NCBI GenBank assembly: GCA_045106895.1
Contig: JBGCFM010000012.1
Location: 1 to 64,000 of the forward strand
Reading direction: 5' to 3'
Origin: Polyangiales bacterium
GTDB lineage: Bacteria > Myxococcota_A > Polyangia > Polyangiales > Houyiibacteriaceae
Length of the DNA stretch: 64,000 nt
Position 1 is the first letter of the stretch. Each line of letters opens with the position of its first letter. This document shows positions 19,291 to 29,332 of this stretch, in pieces. A program made the position numbers and the translations under genes. The notes below the pieces were generated by a model. It saw only the letters and a program-made list of their open reading frames with translations. It was not told where the DNA came from and did no database searches.

Positions 19291-20814
19291 GTGAAGGACG
19301 ATGCCAGCGAAGAGAAGAAGAAGACCGGCCGAGGTCTTCTTGCGATCGTTGGCGCAAAAATCTGGTTCATCCTGACGGGCTTCGCCATCAAGTTCTCCCT
19401 GCCGCACCTTCTGGGCTCGCCGGCGGAGTTCGGTTTTTACGAGACCGCAATGAGTGCGGTTTCGATGCTCAACATGGTGCTCATCGCCTCGACGATTCAG
19501 ACCGTTTCGAAGTTCGTTTCGGAGAGCGAAGACGACGCGCCGGCGCTGCTCCGCCAAGGGCTCCTGGTGCAGTGCATCGTCGGTGGGTTGATCGCTCTTG
19601 GTGCCTTTGCGGCGGCACCTTTGCTCGCAGGTTTTCTCAAAGACGACGCGTTGGTTCCACTGCTTCGTGTCGCCACCGTCGTCATCATCGCCTACGCGCT
19701 CTACGCAGCCATCGTCGGCTCGTTGAACGGCCGCCGCGCGTTCGTCCCGCAGGCACGACTTGATGCGACGTTTTCGCTTCTTCGCTCGGCGGGGATTATC
19801 GGTGGAGCAGCGCTTGGGCTCGGCGCGCTTGGCGCCATCAGTGGTTTCGCCGCTGCGGCTACGGTGATCCTGCTCATCGCTTTCGTCGCCGTTCACTCAG
19901 ACCTCAGATCCAAAGCGGGCACACGCGTCCCGTGGAAAAAGTGGCTATCGTTCATGGCCCCGATCTGGGTCTATCAGCTCGCACTCAACGGGTGCTTTCA
20001 GATCGACGGACTCGTGCTGAAGCGGGCCGTGGCTGGACTAGCCAGCGACGGAGGGGCGAGCGCCATCGAGGCGGCACAGCTCGCGTCGACGCAAGTCGGT
20101 TTTTACCGCGCCGCGCAGACCTTTGCGTTCGTTCCTTACCAGCTCATTCTTGCTCTCACCTTCGTTGTCTTTCCCCTCGTCTCGAAGGCGACGACACTCG
20201 GCGATGAAGAGGCGGCGCGCTCCGCGGTACGAGGTGCGATGCGCTTTTCGTTTCTCGTGCTTCTCGCACTCGCGGCACCGATTGCGGGGGCGGCGAAGGG
20301 CGCGCTTCGTATCGCGTATCCGGCGGAGTACGTGGTTCCCGGCGCCCCGGCGCTGACCATCCTCGCGCTCGCGATGGTGGCCTTTGCCCTCTTCGTGATC
20401 ACCGCGACCATTCTGTCCGGGATGGGTCGCCCTGGACTCGCCGCTAGCATCGCTGGGGTGTCTCTCGCGGTGATCGTTTTGGTTGGCACGTACATGGTAC
20501 GTCAGGCTGGTGCCGGCCCCGAAGCGCTCCCAGCGTTAGCCACGGCGACGGCCACCGGAACCTCGCTCGCGTTCTTGCTTTCATCCGGAGTTCTCTATCA
20601 CCGCTTCGGTGGGCTTATTCCGCTGGCGACGCTCGTGCGTGGTGCCCTCGCCGCTATCACCGCCGGCGCCGTCGCACACGCGCTTCCGCAGGACTCACGT
20701 CTTCTGGGGCTCGGCGCGCTCGTGGTTGGCGGACTCACTTATTTGGCCGTCTTGGCCATTACCCGCGAGCTGACCAAAGCGGACGTGGAGCTGGTAACCA
20801 AGCTGCGCCGCTAG
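19291..20814 (+). CDS. Oligosaccharide/polysaccharide flippase (Wzx/MOP superfamily)
   Basis: About 14 TM; LGSPAEFGFY, VGFYRAAQ, VVFPLVSK patterns; start probably GTG 19291. Confidence 0.85.
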   Translation: MKDDASEEKKKTGRGLLAIVGAKIWFILTGFAIKFSLPHLLGSPAEFGFYETAMSAVSMLNMVLIASTIQTVSKFVSESEDDAPALLRQGLLVQCIVGGLIALGAFAAAPLLAGFLKDDALVPLLRVATVVIIAYALYAAIVGSLNGRRAFVPQARLDATFSLLRSAGIIGGAALGLGALGAISGFAAAATVILLIAFVAVHSDLRSKAGTRVPWKKWLSFMAPIWVYQLALNGCFQIDGLVLKRAVAGLASDGGASAIEAAQLASTQVGFYRAAQTFAFVPYQLILALTFVVFPLVSKATTLGDEEAARSAVRGAMRFSFLVLLALAAPIAGAAKGALRIAYPAEYVVPGAPALTILALAMVAFALFVITATILSGMGRPGLAASIAGVSLAVIVLVGTYMVRQAGAGPEALPALATATATGTSLAFLLSSGVLYHRFGGLIPLATLVRGALAAITAGAVAHALPQDSRLLGLGALVVGGLTYLAVLAITRELTKADVELVTKLRR

Positions 20815-20919
20815 CGCCCGGTTCCGTGTGAGGCGCGAGCGTGAGGCTTGAGGCGTGCGAAATCACGCTGGCTTGGTGGGGCGCGAGAAGCCGCTGTACG
20901 GGGAGCGCTCAGCGCCCAT

Positions 20920-20951
20920 GAAAAAAGCCCCCCGCGAACGGGAGGCTTGTC
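20920..20951 (-). terminator. Rho-independent terminator of second RRM gene
   Basis: Minus strand AAGCCTCCCG-TTCG-CGGGGGGCTT followed by TTTT. Confidence 0.85.
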
Positions 20952-20980
20952 TCATAAACGAGGCTCAAAAGAGCCAGGGG

Positions 20981-21298
20981 CTACCAGCGGTCGCGACCGC
21001 CACCACCGCCGCCGCCGCCGCGGGGTCCACCGCCGCCGCCGCCGCCGCCGCGACGATCCTGCGCCTCGTTGACGTTGAGGGTTCGGCCGTCGAGCTGACT
21101 TCCGTCCATCTCATCCATGGCCGTCTTTGCTGAGCCTTCGTCAGCGAAAGTAACGAAACCAAAGCCGCGGCTTCGTCCCGTTTCACGGTCGGTAATGACC
21201 TTTGCATCTACAACTTCACCGAAACGCTCGAACGCTTCGCGAAGTCCTTGGTCACTCGTACCCCAGCTGAGGCTACCGACAAAAAGCTTCTTGGACAT
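20981..21298 (-). CDS. Glycine-rich RRM RNA-binding protein (Rbp/CIRP-like)
   Basis: KLFVGSL, RGFGFVTF, LDGRTLNVNEA, Gly-rich tail. Confidence 0.96.
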   Translation of the reverse strand: MSKKLFVGSLSWGTSDQGLREAFERFGEVVDAKVITDRETGRSRGFGFVTFADEGSAKTAMDEMDGSQLDGRTLNVNEAQDRRGGGGGGGGPRGGGGGGGGRDRW

Positions 21299-21299
21299 T

Positions 21300-21479
21300 C
21301 TCTCTTCTCTCTCTCTTTTACTTAGAATCGCCCACAGAAAGCGGGCTCTTCCATCGAGTTCGCTCTTTTTTCTAGGGATTTCCCTAAAGCGAACTCTTTT
21401 CAGACCACTACATGGGCTTCTTGTTCAACAAGATCAAGCCCCTTCCCCGATTCTCACGAGCCATGACATGAAATGTACA
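21300..21479 (-). promoter_or_regulatory. Long structured 5' leader and putative -10 box of RRM gene
   Basis: Inverted repeats 21356-21396 and 21414-21441; TGTACATTTCA at 21469-21479. Confidence 0.5.
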
Positions 21480-21657
21480 GGGGGTGTGAGTGGGGGGAAC
21501 ACTCCGTGTACAGGTTCCACTCCCCGAAAAGGCCCGCTTTTCGGCGTTTTGCGCCTATTCTGCCGCCGGCACGCCCATTGCGTTGGCAAGGGGCGGTAGC
21601 AGTCCCATCCCTACACTCTTTGGTGTTTGGTTTTGGGCGGTGCCGACTGGAGAGACC

Positions 21658-24600
21658 TTGGACGAGATTCTATTTTTAGCGGCTGGAGCGTTCTTTTGCG
21701 TACTCCCCGTCGGACTCATCATCGCCACCGCCGTCCGTGGCGCTAAGACGAAAGAGCTCCAGCGACTCTTGGCGGAGCATGACGCCGCGCTTCACGCCCT
21801 TGGCGATCAAAACGTTCGTCTGCATCAACGTCTCGTGGCACTTGAGTCCGCGCAGGTAACGACGCCGGTCCAACCTCAGCAGGTTGCCGCGGCATCAGCC
21901 GCTCTTTCCTACGCCGCTCCGCAAGTTGCTGAGCCTGCGCCCGCGCCAGGCCAGGCGATGCCCGCAGCCGCGGCGCCCGCACCTGTCTCATCCACACCCG
22001 CCACTCCGGCCGCTACTCCTTCGTCCCCTTTGCAACCCGCCACGGATCAGCGTTGGCAGCCGTCGGACCCAGCGCTTGCCGCTGGTTCAAACCCGTTCAT
22101 CGGCCAGGACAACGAGGCCATCGCCGCCATCGCCGCCGCCGCCGCCGGTCAGTCAGCGTCGGGTGCTCCGCCCGTCTCCCCGCCTCCAGGGTCTCCGCCT
22201 CCAGGGTCTCCGCCTCCAAAGTCTCCGCCTCCAGGGTCTCCGCCCAAGAAGCCCATTCAGTGGGAAGAGCTCCTCGGCGTTCGTGGCGCGGCGGCCGTTG
22301 GCGCGATGGTCCTCGTCCTTGCGGGGCTTTACTTCTTCAAGCTCTCCATCGACAAGAACTGGATCACGCCGGCGATGCGCTTCGCCATCGGCATGGCCGT
22401 GGGCATTAGCTGCATCGGCGCGGCGGAGCTCCGTCTTCGCAAGCGATACGTCGTCTTGGCGAACTGGCTCACCGGCGCCGGCATCAGCGTGCTCTACGTT
22501 TCCGCGTGGGCCGGGAAGGCGCTCTACGAACTCTACCCTTCGATTCTCGCGGCGATACTCATGGCGTCCGTCACGGCCGCCTGTGTCGTCCTCGCCCAAG
22601 CGCGCAAGTCAACGGTCGTCGCTGTGCTCGGCCTATGTGGAGGCTTCATCACTCCGATGGCGTTGTCGACGGGCCAGGACCATCCAATCCCGCTCTTCGG
22701 CTATCTGCTCATCCTCAACGCAGCGATGCTCTATGTGTCCTACAAGCAAAGGTGGCCGTGGCTCGCGGCCCTCGCGCTGACGGCGACGGTGCTCTACGAG
22801 TTCGGCTGGCTCTTCGGCCGCATGCATGATGGCACACGCTGGGTCGGTGCTGTTGCGCTCTCGCTCTTCGCGGTGCTGTACCTCCTCGTCCCTCTGGGCG
22901 ACTCGGACTCCAAGGCATGGCGTCGCGTGCGGGGTGCAGCGGTGTTGATTCCGATTCTGCTCTCCTTCGCCGTCGGGTTTCGAACGGACCTCAGCGCCCA
23001 CCTCGGCGTCACGGCAATGCAGCTCGTCGCCCTCGCCGGCGCCGCCGCGTGGCTCGGCCGACGCGAGGAGATGTCCTCTTTGGCCGCCGCCGCCGCCGTC
23101 GCCTGTCAGGCTGCGCTCGTCGGAACGGTCATCAACCACTTAGACACGGCGCTCAACGCATGGGTCATCGCGGGCATCTCCTTCGCGATCTCACTGGTGT
23201 TTCACCTCGCCACCGAATTCGGCAACGAAGCGAAGCGAATGCGCGCCACCACAGCATCCGCGGCGGCTCTGGTCGGTGCGGTCCTGCTGAGCTTCTTGAT
23301 GATGAGCGCGCCTCGCGTGGCGGTGCCCGCGACGGTGTTCTTCGGTGTATTCCCGGCTCTCTTCGCCTGTCGCCTAAACGTCTTGAAGCCGGCCTGGACC
23401 GCGCTCCACATCGCGACGATGGCCCTCGGCGCCGTGGTTGTCTCGACGCTCTTCGCGTCCTACTCCGGAAGCACGGACCTGCCCAACGCGACGACCAACT
23501 TGGGCGTCATGGTGCTCCTCGCCTTTGCCGCTCAGCTCGCGGGCCTCGTCACGCGCAAGGCCCCTCTCGCTGTGCGCCGCGCAGGGGACCACGGCGCTGC
23601 CGCGGTGAGCGTTATTCTTGGACTCGGCGTGGCCTGGGTGATGCGTGACGACCTGCACCCGTCGCTGCCTTTCCACTTGGCGCGGGTGCTTCTGCTCGTC
23701 GCGACGATCTTCGCCGCCGCGCGGACGGGGCTTGGCGCGTGGCTCGCCGCTGCCGCGCTGCTCTTCGCGTTCGGAGACTTCTCGCTAGCAATCCGCGTAA
23801 ACCACGGCCAGGACTTCTTGCTCGCTGGCATGGCGATCAAGGTCGTGCTCATCGCACTCTCGCCCTTCGTCTTTCCAAAGCTGCGCGCGAACCGTTGGGC
23901 TTGGCGTGCGGCCGGAACGAGCGGTCTCGTATTCTTGCTGCCGCTCTACCTGGTCTTTACGCATCTCTTTGGCTCCCTTGCCGTGGGCCTCCTCCCGCTG
24001 ACCATCTCGATCTTGTACATCACCGGCGCGATGCTCCTCCGCGTTCGGCCAGCACCCGCGGAGGTGTCCCTCAGCGCCACTGTGTGGTTTGTGGGCGCTG
24101 CCGCGGCCCTCGTCACCATCGCGATCCCGATGCAGCTCGAGAACGAGTGGGTCACCATCGGATGGGCCCTCGAAGCGATGGTGTTCTCGGCTCTCTGGCG
24201 TCGCTACGACCACACAGGCCTCAAGTACACGGCGCTGGCTTTGGCGAGCTTCGTCTTCGTCCGCCTCGCCCTCAACCCAGAGGTCCTCGACTACCAGCTC
24301 CGGGGATCGTGGCGCGTCGTGAACTGGATCTCCTATACCTACCTCGTGCCCGCCGCGGCGCTCTTCGCGGCTCACGCTTTGATGAGCGGAAAGGAAGTCG
24401 AGCGGCGTCGAAAGTGGGAGCCCGGACCCGCTCACAAACCTATCGTCGCGCCGACGTTCGGTGGCTTCGCCGTCGTCCTGATATTCGTTTGGCTCAACTT
24501 GATGGTCTTCGACTTCTTCGCGACGGGGCCCAACTTGACCATTCCTACGGATCGCCTTGCAGCACGCGACCTCTCCACCTCGATGGTCTGGGCTGTCTAT

Positions 24601-24909
24601 GCCATCGGCCTCCTCGTGGGTGGCGTGGTACGCAAGAGCAAGGGGCTACGCTACGCGAGTCTGACGCTCCTGCTCTTCACAAACCTGAAGGTGTTCCTCT
24701 ACGACCTTGGGAACCTCGAAGACCTCTACCGCGTCGCATCTCTGGTCGGACTCGCGTTGACGCTCATCGTGATCTCCCTTTTCTACAAGCGCTTCGTCTT
24801 TACGGATGAGGAGCAGGCGCCCTCCGCGCCAACCGGTCCAGCCCCTGCAACATCGCCGACGCAATCGGCCCAAGTGACACCTCCGGGTGGTTCGGAAGGT
24901 TCGCCATGA
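21658..24909 (+). CDS. DUF2339-family polytopic membrane protein
   Basis: Pro/Ala-rich linker, then WEELLG...G...YFFKLSIDKNWITP, GGFITP and KVFLYDL...YRVAS motifs; many TMs; TTG start after GGAGAG. Confidence 0.88.
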   Translation: MDEILFLAAGAFFCVLPVGLIIATAVRGAKTKELQRLLAEHDAALHALGDQNVRLHQRLVALESAQVTTPVQPQQVAAASAALSYAAPQVAEPAPAPGQAMPAAAAPAPVSSTPATPAATPSSPLQPATDQRWQPSDPALAAGSNPFIGQDNEAIAAIAAAAAGQSASGAPPVSPPPGSPPPGSPPPKSPPPGSPPKKPIQWEELLGVRGAAAVGAMVLVLAGLYFFKLSIDKNWITPAMRFAIGMAVGISCIGAAELRLRKRYVVLANWLTGAGISVLYVSAWAGKALYELYPSILAAILMASVTAACVVLAQARKSTVVAVLGLCGGFITPMALSTGQDHPIPLFGYLLILNAAMLYVSYKQRWPWLAALALTATVLYEFGWLFGRMHDGTRWVGAVALSLFAVLYLLVPLGDSDSKAWRRVRGAAVLIPILLSFAVGFRTDLSAHLGVTAMQLVALAGAAAWLGRREEMSSLAAAAAVACQAALVGTVINHLDTALNAWVIAGISFAISLVFHLATEFGNEAKRMRATTASAAALVGAVLLSFLMMSAPRVAVPATVFFGVFPALFACRLNVLKPAWTALHIATMALGAVVVSTLFASYSGSTDLPNATTNLGVMVLLAFAAQLAGLVTRKAPLAVRRAGDHGAAAVSVILGLGVAWVMRDDLHPSLPFHLARVLLLVATIFAAARTGLGAWLAAAALLFAFGDFSLAIRVNHGQDFLLAGMAIKVVLIALSPFVFPKLRANRWAWRAAGTSGLVFLLPLYLVFTHLFGSLAVGLLPLTISILYITGAMLLRVRPAPAEVSLSATVWFVGAAAALVTIAIPMQLENEWVTIGWALEAMVFSALWRRYDHTGLKYTALALASFVFVRLALNPEVLDYQLRGSWRVVNWISYTYLVPAAALFAAHALMSGKEVERRRKWEPGPAHKPIVAPTFGGFAVVLIFVWLNLMVFDFFATGPNLTIPTDRLAARDLSTSMVWAVYAIGLLVGGVVRKSKGLRYASLTLLLFTNLKVFLYDLGNLEDLYRVASLVGLALTLIVISLFYKRFVFTDEEQAPSAPTGPAPATSPTQSAQVTPPGGSEGSP
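22171..22245 (+). repeat. 15-nt in-frame tandem repeat encoding SPPPG
   Basis: TCTCCGCCTCCAGGG repeated about 5 times. Confidence 0.9.
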
Positions 24910-26987
24910 AGTTCCTCAGTGCTCTCACCCTCGCGCTCGGTGTCCTCGTGGGCAACGCAGCTCACGCCGAAGACGGCGAACTGACGCGCCTCTTTCCTCA
25001 AGTCGCGGAGCTCTCCGGTTCTGGCGGACTCTGCCGCCTCGATGTACCCACGGCTGTTCTCAACGAAGCGCAGCCGGACTTCTCGGACGTACGCATCGTC
25101 GACGCCGACGGCCTGGAAGTGCCGTTCCTCATCGACCAAGCCCAAGTCCGATGGCCAAGCGATGGGCCTCCACCCATCGCCAGCCTGGTGCCCACGGAGA
25201 TCACTCGCCAGCGCAGTGGACTCCGCTCCGTAGAAGAAGTCCGTGTCCGCCTTCCCGACACGCCACTTCCCCCAGGTGCGACCTGGAACATCGTCGTCGG
25301 CTCCGCCGCCCCGTCCTTTGTGCGTCAGTACATGTTGATGGACGGCGAAGGAGCGCTCCTGGCGGAAGGCAGCGTCTTTCGGCTGCAGAGCCCACTTCGA
25401 GCGCGACTTGAAATTCTCTTGCCGAACGGCCAACCAGGCACGGAGTTCCGAATTCGTTTCGCCGGAGAGATCGGCCACTTCGAACCTTCGTTTCAGATTC
25501 AAGCCACCGGGATGAACCGACGCGGCGCACGCCTTGAGACGCCGCTCGTCGTCGCCGACCTCGACGTGGAGAGCGACTCGACGAGCGTTGAGCTGGAGCG
25601 CCCTCCCGGCGTCGTGCCTTCCCGTCTTCGCTTCACGACGACAAGTTCGTTCTTCGCGCGGCGCGTCCGCGTCTTCGATCTTCGTGAGGGGCGCGACCCC
25701 ATTGAGATTGGACAAGGTGACATCTTCCGTGCCCAAGAAGCCGGCGCCGAATACTTGGAGGTACCGATCTCGCGTTCGAGTGGTGACCGACTGCGCGTGG
25801 TGATCGAAGACGGCGACAGCCCCTCTCTCGCGGGTATTCACATCGTCTCGCTGACGCTTCAGCCTTCGCTCTTCTACGAGTGCGGGGAGGGACAGAAGCT
25901 CTACTTCGGCGGCGGCCGCGCGGGTCAGCCACGCTATGACACCCAACGCTTTGGCGGCACCATGTTGGGCGAGGCCATCGCGCGCGGCGACTACACCGAC
26001 GCGTCCGTCGGCGAAGCTCGGGATAACGATGCCTTCGACGATGGCCCCGCGTTGGCCTACCTCATGCGCGCTGGACGCGTCGTCGATGAAACCCTGTTCC
26101 GGGCGAGCGTTCCTGTGTTCGTCCAGGGTGCAAGAGAAGGTGTGTCACGCGTCGAGCCCACGGTGGGGCTCCTCGCCCGCGCCGCCGCCGACCTGCATGA
26201 CGTTCGCATCGTCGACGCGGAAGGCCGACAATGGCCTTACGTGCGCGCGCCGAGTGATGCTCAGGTGCAGGTGCCTCTTAGCGTCCTCCGAAGTGAGGTC
26301 GAGTCCTCGAGTGTCTACGCGCTCTCGTCCCCCGAAGGGAGCGTCGAACTTCGGCGCCTCTTTGTCACGACCACAAGCGAGTTTGTACGTCGCCCTTTCG
26401 AGCTACGCGGCATTCAGAGCGATGAGAGCTACGTGACGTTGGCGCGCGGGGAGCTCAACCGCGGACCGGACAGTCCCGAGCGGATGGAGATCGCCATGAA
26501 CCACCGTGGCCCGATGGAGCTGGTGGTTCAGGACGGCAACGACGCGCCGCTTGAGCTTGAGGTCATCGGCGGCATCGACGCGCCCGTGTTCTACCTCATC
26601 GCGCCGGATGGTTCCTACGAACTCCTCGCCGGCGCCGACATCGAGCCGCCTTCGTATGAGGTGGCGACGGCGCTGCCCCTGATCTTGGCCACCGCTGTAG
26701 GTCGCGCGCGTGTCGGCGAGACGACGGACAACCCTGCATTTGCGCCACCACCTGTGCCTGCTCGCTTCGAAACCGAAGAGATCGTGGTGTGGGCGGTGCT
26801 TCTCTTCGGGGTGCTGATTCTGGGCTTCTTCACCTGGCGAGCCGCTCGGGAATCGCCGGAGAGCGAGGCCATTGCCACGCACGCCAAGGACGCGTCTACC
26901 TCCGGCGAGCCAGAGCCTCAGGGGTCGGAGTCCAGCGAGCCGAGGGAGTCCAGCCCAGAAAAGAAGCCTGACGATCCTGTGACGTAG
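24906..26987 (+). CDS. DUF3999-like exported protein with C-terminal TM anchor, internally duplicated
   Basis: Signal peptide; DVRIVDADGLEVPF / DVRIVDAEGRQWPY and EDGDSPSL / QDGNDAPL duplicated; ATGA coupling to DUF2339 gene. Confidence 0.75.
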   Translation: MKFLSALTLALGVLVGNAAHAEDGELTRLFPQVAELSGSGGLCRLDVPTAVLNEAQPDFSDVRIVDADGLEVPFLIDQAQVRWPSDGPPPIASLVPTEITRQRSGLRSVEEVRVRLPDTPLPPGATWNIVVGSAAPSFVRQYMLMDGEGALLAEGSVFRLQSPLRARLEILLPNGQPGTEFRIRFAGEIGHFEPSFQIQATGMNRRGARLETPLVVADLDVESDSTSVELERPPGVVPSRLRFTTTSSFFARRVRVFDLREGRDPIEIGQGDIFRAQEAGAEYLEVPISRSSGDRLRVVIEDGDSPSLAGIHIVSLTLQPSLFYECGEGQKLYFGGGRAGQPRYDTQRFGGTMLGEAIARGDYTDASVGEARDNDAFDDGPALAYLMRAGRVVDETLFRASVPVFVQGAREGVSRVEPTVGLLARAAADLHDVRIVDAEGRQWPYVRAPSDAQVQVPLSVLRSEVESSSVYALSSPEGSVELRRLFVTTTSEFVRRPFELRGIQSDESYVTLARGELNRGPDSPERMEIAMNHRGPMELVVQDGNDAPLELEVIGGIDAPVFYLIAPDGSYELLAGADIEPPSYEVATALPLILATAVGRARVGETTDNPAFAPPPVPARFETEEIVVWAVLLFGVLILGFFTWRAARESPESEAIATHAKDASTSGEPEPQGSESSEPRESSPEKKPDDPVT

Positions 26988-27096
26988 GCATTGCCAAGGG
27001 AACGCTTCAGCGGCACCCTCACGATCCTTCAGAGGGGCTTTGCTAAGTCCCCCGTCGCCGTGGGCGGCTTCACCCTCACTCCTGATTTCCGACTTA

Positions 27097-28722
27097 ATGG
27101 ATCGACGTACTACGCGGCAGGTCGCTCATTGCCTCCACGCCGAAATCTCCCGGGCCATGGTCGACATGAGGATCCGCGGCCACAAACGACCGCACTTCCT
27201 TTCACACCGCGTGAGACATCGCGAGGAGTGGCGCATCGAAGCGAGCTTTGGCGCGCTCACGGAAGACAGACGCGAGGTCCATCGTGACTCCCTCTGCGAC
27301 GTGCGCGTTGGCTCCTACCAGCGTGACCAGGTGCGCGAAGGCGGGCTCGGCGCGAACTCCGTGGACCTTGAGAGCTACGAGCTCGTGCGGATGCCCATTG
27401 GGGGCGACCCCGCCGGTTTCAAATACGGCATCTGGCGTCTAAGCGAAGCCAAGTACCGCGAGGCGTGCGACGACTACCTTCATAAGAAAGCCGTCGCGCT
27501 GAACTACGTCGACGCCCACTCCTCGCTCCGGGCGCTCGAGCGAAGAGAAAAAGCCAAGGCGTTCATCTACACGCCGCCTCCGGAATTCGACCGCGATGGA
27601 TACCGCGACTACGTGCTCAAAGCGTCACGTCTGTTCAAACGCTACCCGCTCCTGCGCGACGGCCACGTGCGCGTCCACGCGACGAATGTCGTGCGCGTCT
27701 TTGTAAGCTCCGAAGGTACCGAGATCGTTGAGTCCAGCGTGTACCGTTCCGTGGAACTCTTCCTCTGGTTCCTCGCGCCGGACGGGCATGCGCTTCCCCA
27801 CACGGAGACGTTCTTCGTTCGCGACGAGGACGAGCTTCCGACCATCAAAGAGCTTGGGCAGAAGCTCAAGGCGCTTTACGCGCAGCTCACGGCGCTGTCC
27901 GCCGCGCCGCGCCTGCGTTCCTACGTCGGCCCTGTTCTCCTCGATCCGGGTCCCGCCGGCCTCCTCGTCCATGAAGCCATCGGCCATCGCCTCGAGGGTT
28001 CACGCCTGCTCTCAGACGGCGAAGGCCAGACCTTTCGAGATTCCGAAGGGCAACAGATTCTCCTCGAAGGCATCGACATCTGGGACGACCCCTCGCAGAC
28101 CCATCACGACGGGCAGAGTCTCACGGGTCACTACGAGTACGACGACGAAGGCGTCCCCGCTCAGCGCGCGGACCTCGTCGAAGGCGGTACGCTTAAGGGC
28201 TTCCTGACGACGCGCTCACCCATCGCCAAGAAACACCAGAGCAACGGCCACGCGCGCTCAGCGCGTCACGCCAAGGCGATCAGCCGAATGGGCGTCACGG
28301 TGATGGAGGCGCGCAACGGCCTCGGCGACGAGGCGATGCGGACGGCGTTCGTCGACGAGATACGAAAACAAGGCGTTCCCTTCGGCGTGCGCATCGTCCA
28401 AGCCTCCGGCGGCGAAACAACGACCGAAGCCTACGACTTTCAGGCTTTCTTGGGCCAGGTCGACCTCGCAACGCGCGTCTTCCCTGACGGACGCGAAGAG
28501 CTTGTCCGAGGCATCGATGTTGTCGGGACGCCACTCAACGCCGTGCGCGCCATCGTCGCCGCAAGCGAGCGCCAAGGCGTCGACAACTCCTGGTGCGGGG
28601 CCGAGTCAGGCTACGTCCCCGTGAGCACCATCGCGCCTTCGCTTCTCGTCGACGAGCTTGAGCTACAGGCGAAGCCCATGCGGAAGATGACGCAGTTCGC
28701 GTATCCAATGCCGTGGGAGTAG
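27097..28722 (+). CDS. TldD/PmbA-family metalloprotease (catalytic TldD type)
   Basis: HEAIGHRLEG, YDDEGVP, SNGHAR, CGAESG motifs. Confidence 0.88.
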   Translation: MDRRTTRQVAHCLHAEISRAMVDMRIRGHKRPHFLSHRVRHREEWRIEASFGALTEDRREVHRDSLCDVRVGSYQRDQVREGGLGANSVDLESYELVRMPIGGDPAGFKYGIWRLSEAKYREACDDYLHKKAVALNYVDAHSSLRALERREKAKAFIYTPPPEFDRDGYRDYVLKASRLFKRYPLLRDGHVRVHATNVVRVFVSSEGTEIVESSVYRSVELFLWFLAPDGHALPHTETFFVRDEDELPTIKELGQKLKALYAQLTALSAAPRLRSYVGPVLLDPGPAGLLVHEAIGHRLEGSRLLSDGEGQTFRDSEGQQILLEGIDIWDDPSQTHHDGQSLTGHYEYDDEGVPAQRADLVEGGTLKGFLTTRSPIAKKHQSNGHARSARHAKAISRMGVTVMEARNGLGDEAMRTAFVDEIRKQGVPFGVRIVQASGGETTTEAYDFQAFLGQVDLATRVFPDGREELVRGIDVVGTPLNAVRAIVAASERQGVDNSWCGAESGYVPVSTIAPSLLVDELELQAKPMRKMTQFAYPMPWE

Positions 28723-28738
28723 CTCATGCGAGCGCCCT

Positions 28739-29332
28739 CTAGAACGAGCGAAACGCATAGCCGATGCTGAAGACGAAGCGCGCATCGACGTATTCGGACG
28801 CAAGGCGGACGCGCGCTCTCAAGCCGAGACGATAGCGTTTCGACACATAAAGCACGGACGCTTCCAGGCGAGCGACGGGTCGCAAGGTCCAGGTGCGACT
28901 GGAAGCGGTACCGTAGGAAAGAACATGCGTGGAGATCAACGCGTCCACGCCACCCGCGGCTCCAACAAAGAAGACACGACTCCGGTACCCACCACCGAGG
29001 GTCACGCCACACGTGGTTCGCCACGAGCGCAGCTGCAGCTCGGCGGTCCCATCCGCACTCTGGTATTGCTCACAGCCCGCTTCGAGGGTGGCGTGCTGGG
29101 CGAATCGATAGCGGAGGTCGAGGCCATAGGTCGCGCCGCGAAGGACGCGCAGCTCGCTGTCATGACGTCCGACGCCAAGGTGAAGGAAGAGCGCGAGGTC
29201 GGAGCGAGCGACGGGGTCGGCGTCCGGCGCTGCGAAAGCCGGGGGAGCAAAAAAAAGTGAAAGAAGCGCAAAAAAAGTGCCCGCAGCGCGTCTTTGGCCC
29301 CTAATTCGCGCACGCAAGAGCCACCTCCTCAC
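28739..29332 (-). CDS. Small probable outer-membrane beta-barrel protein
   Basis: Signal peptide (AFA-A); about 8 amphipathic strands; terminal aromatic residues; overlaps the upstream gene. Confidence 0.6.
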   Translation of the reverse strand: MRRWLLRARIRGQRRAAGTFFALLSLFFAPPAFAAPDADPVARSDLALFLHLGVGRHDSELRVLRGATYGLDLRYRFAQHATLEAGCEQYQSADGTAELQLRSWRTTCGVTLGGGYRSRVFFVGAAGGVDALISTHVLSYGTASSRTWTLRPVARLEASVLYVSKRYRLGLRARVRLASEYVDARFVFSIGYAFRSF

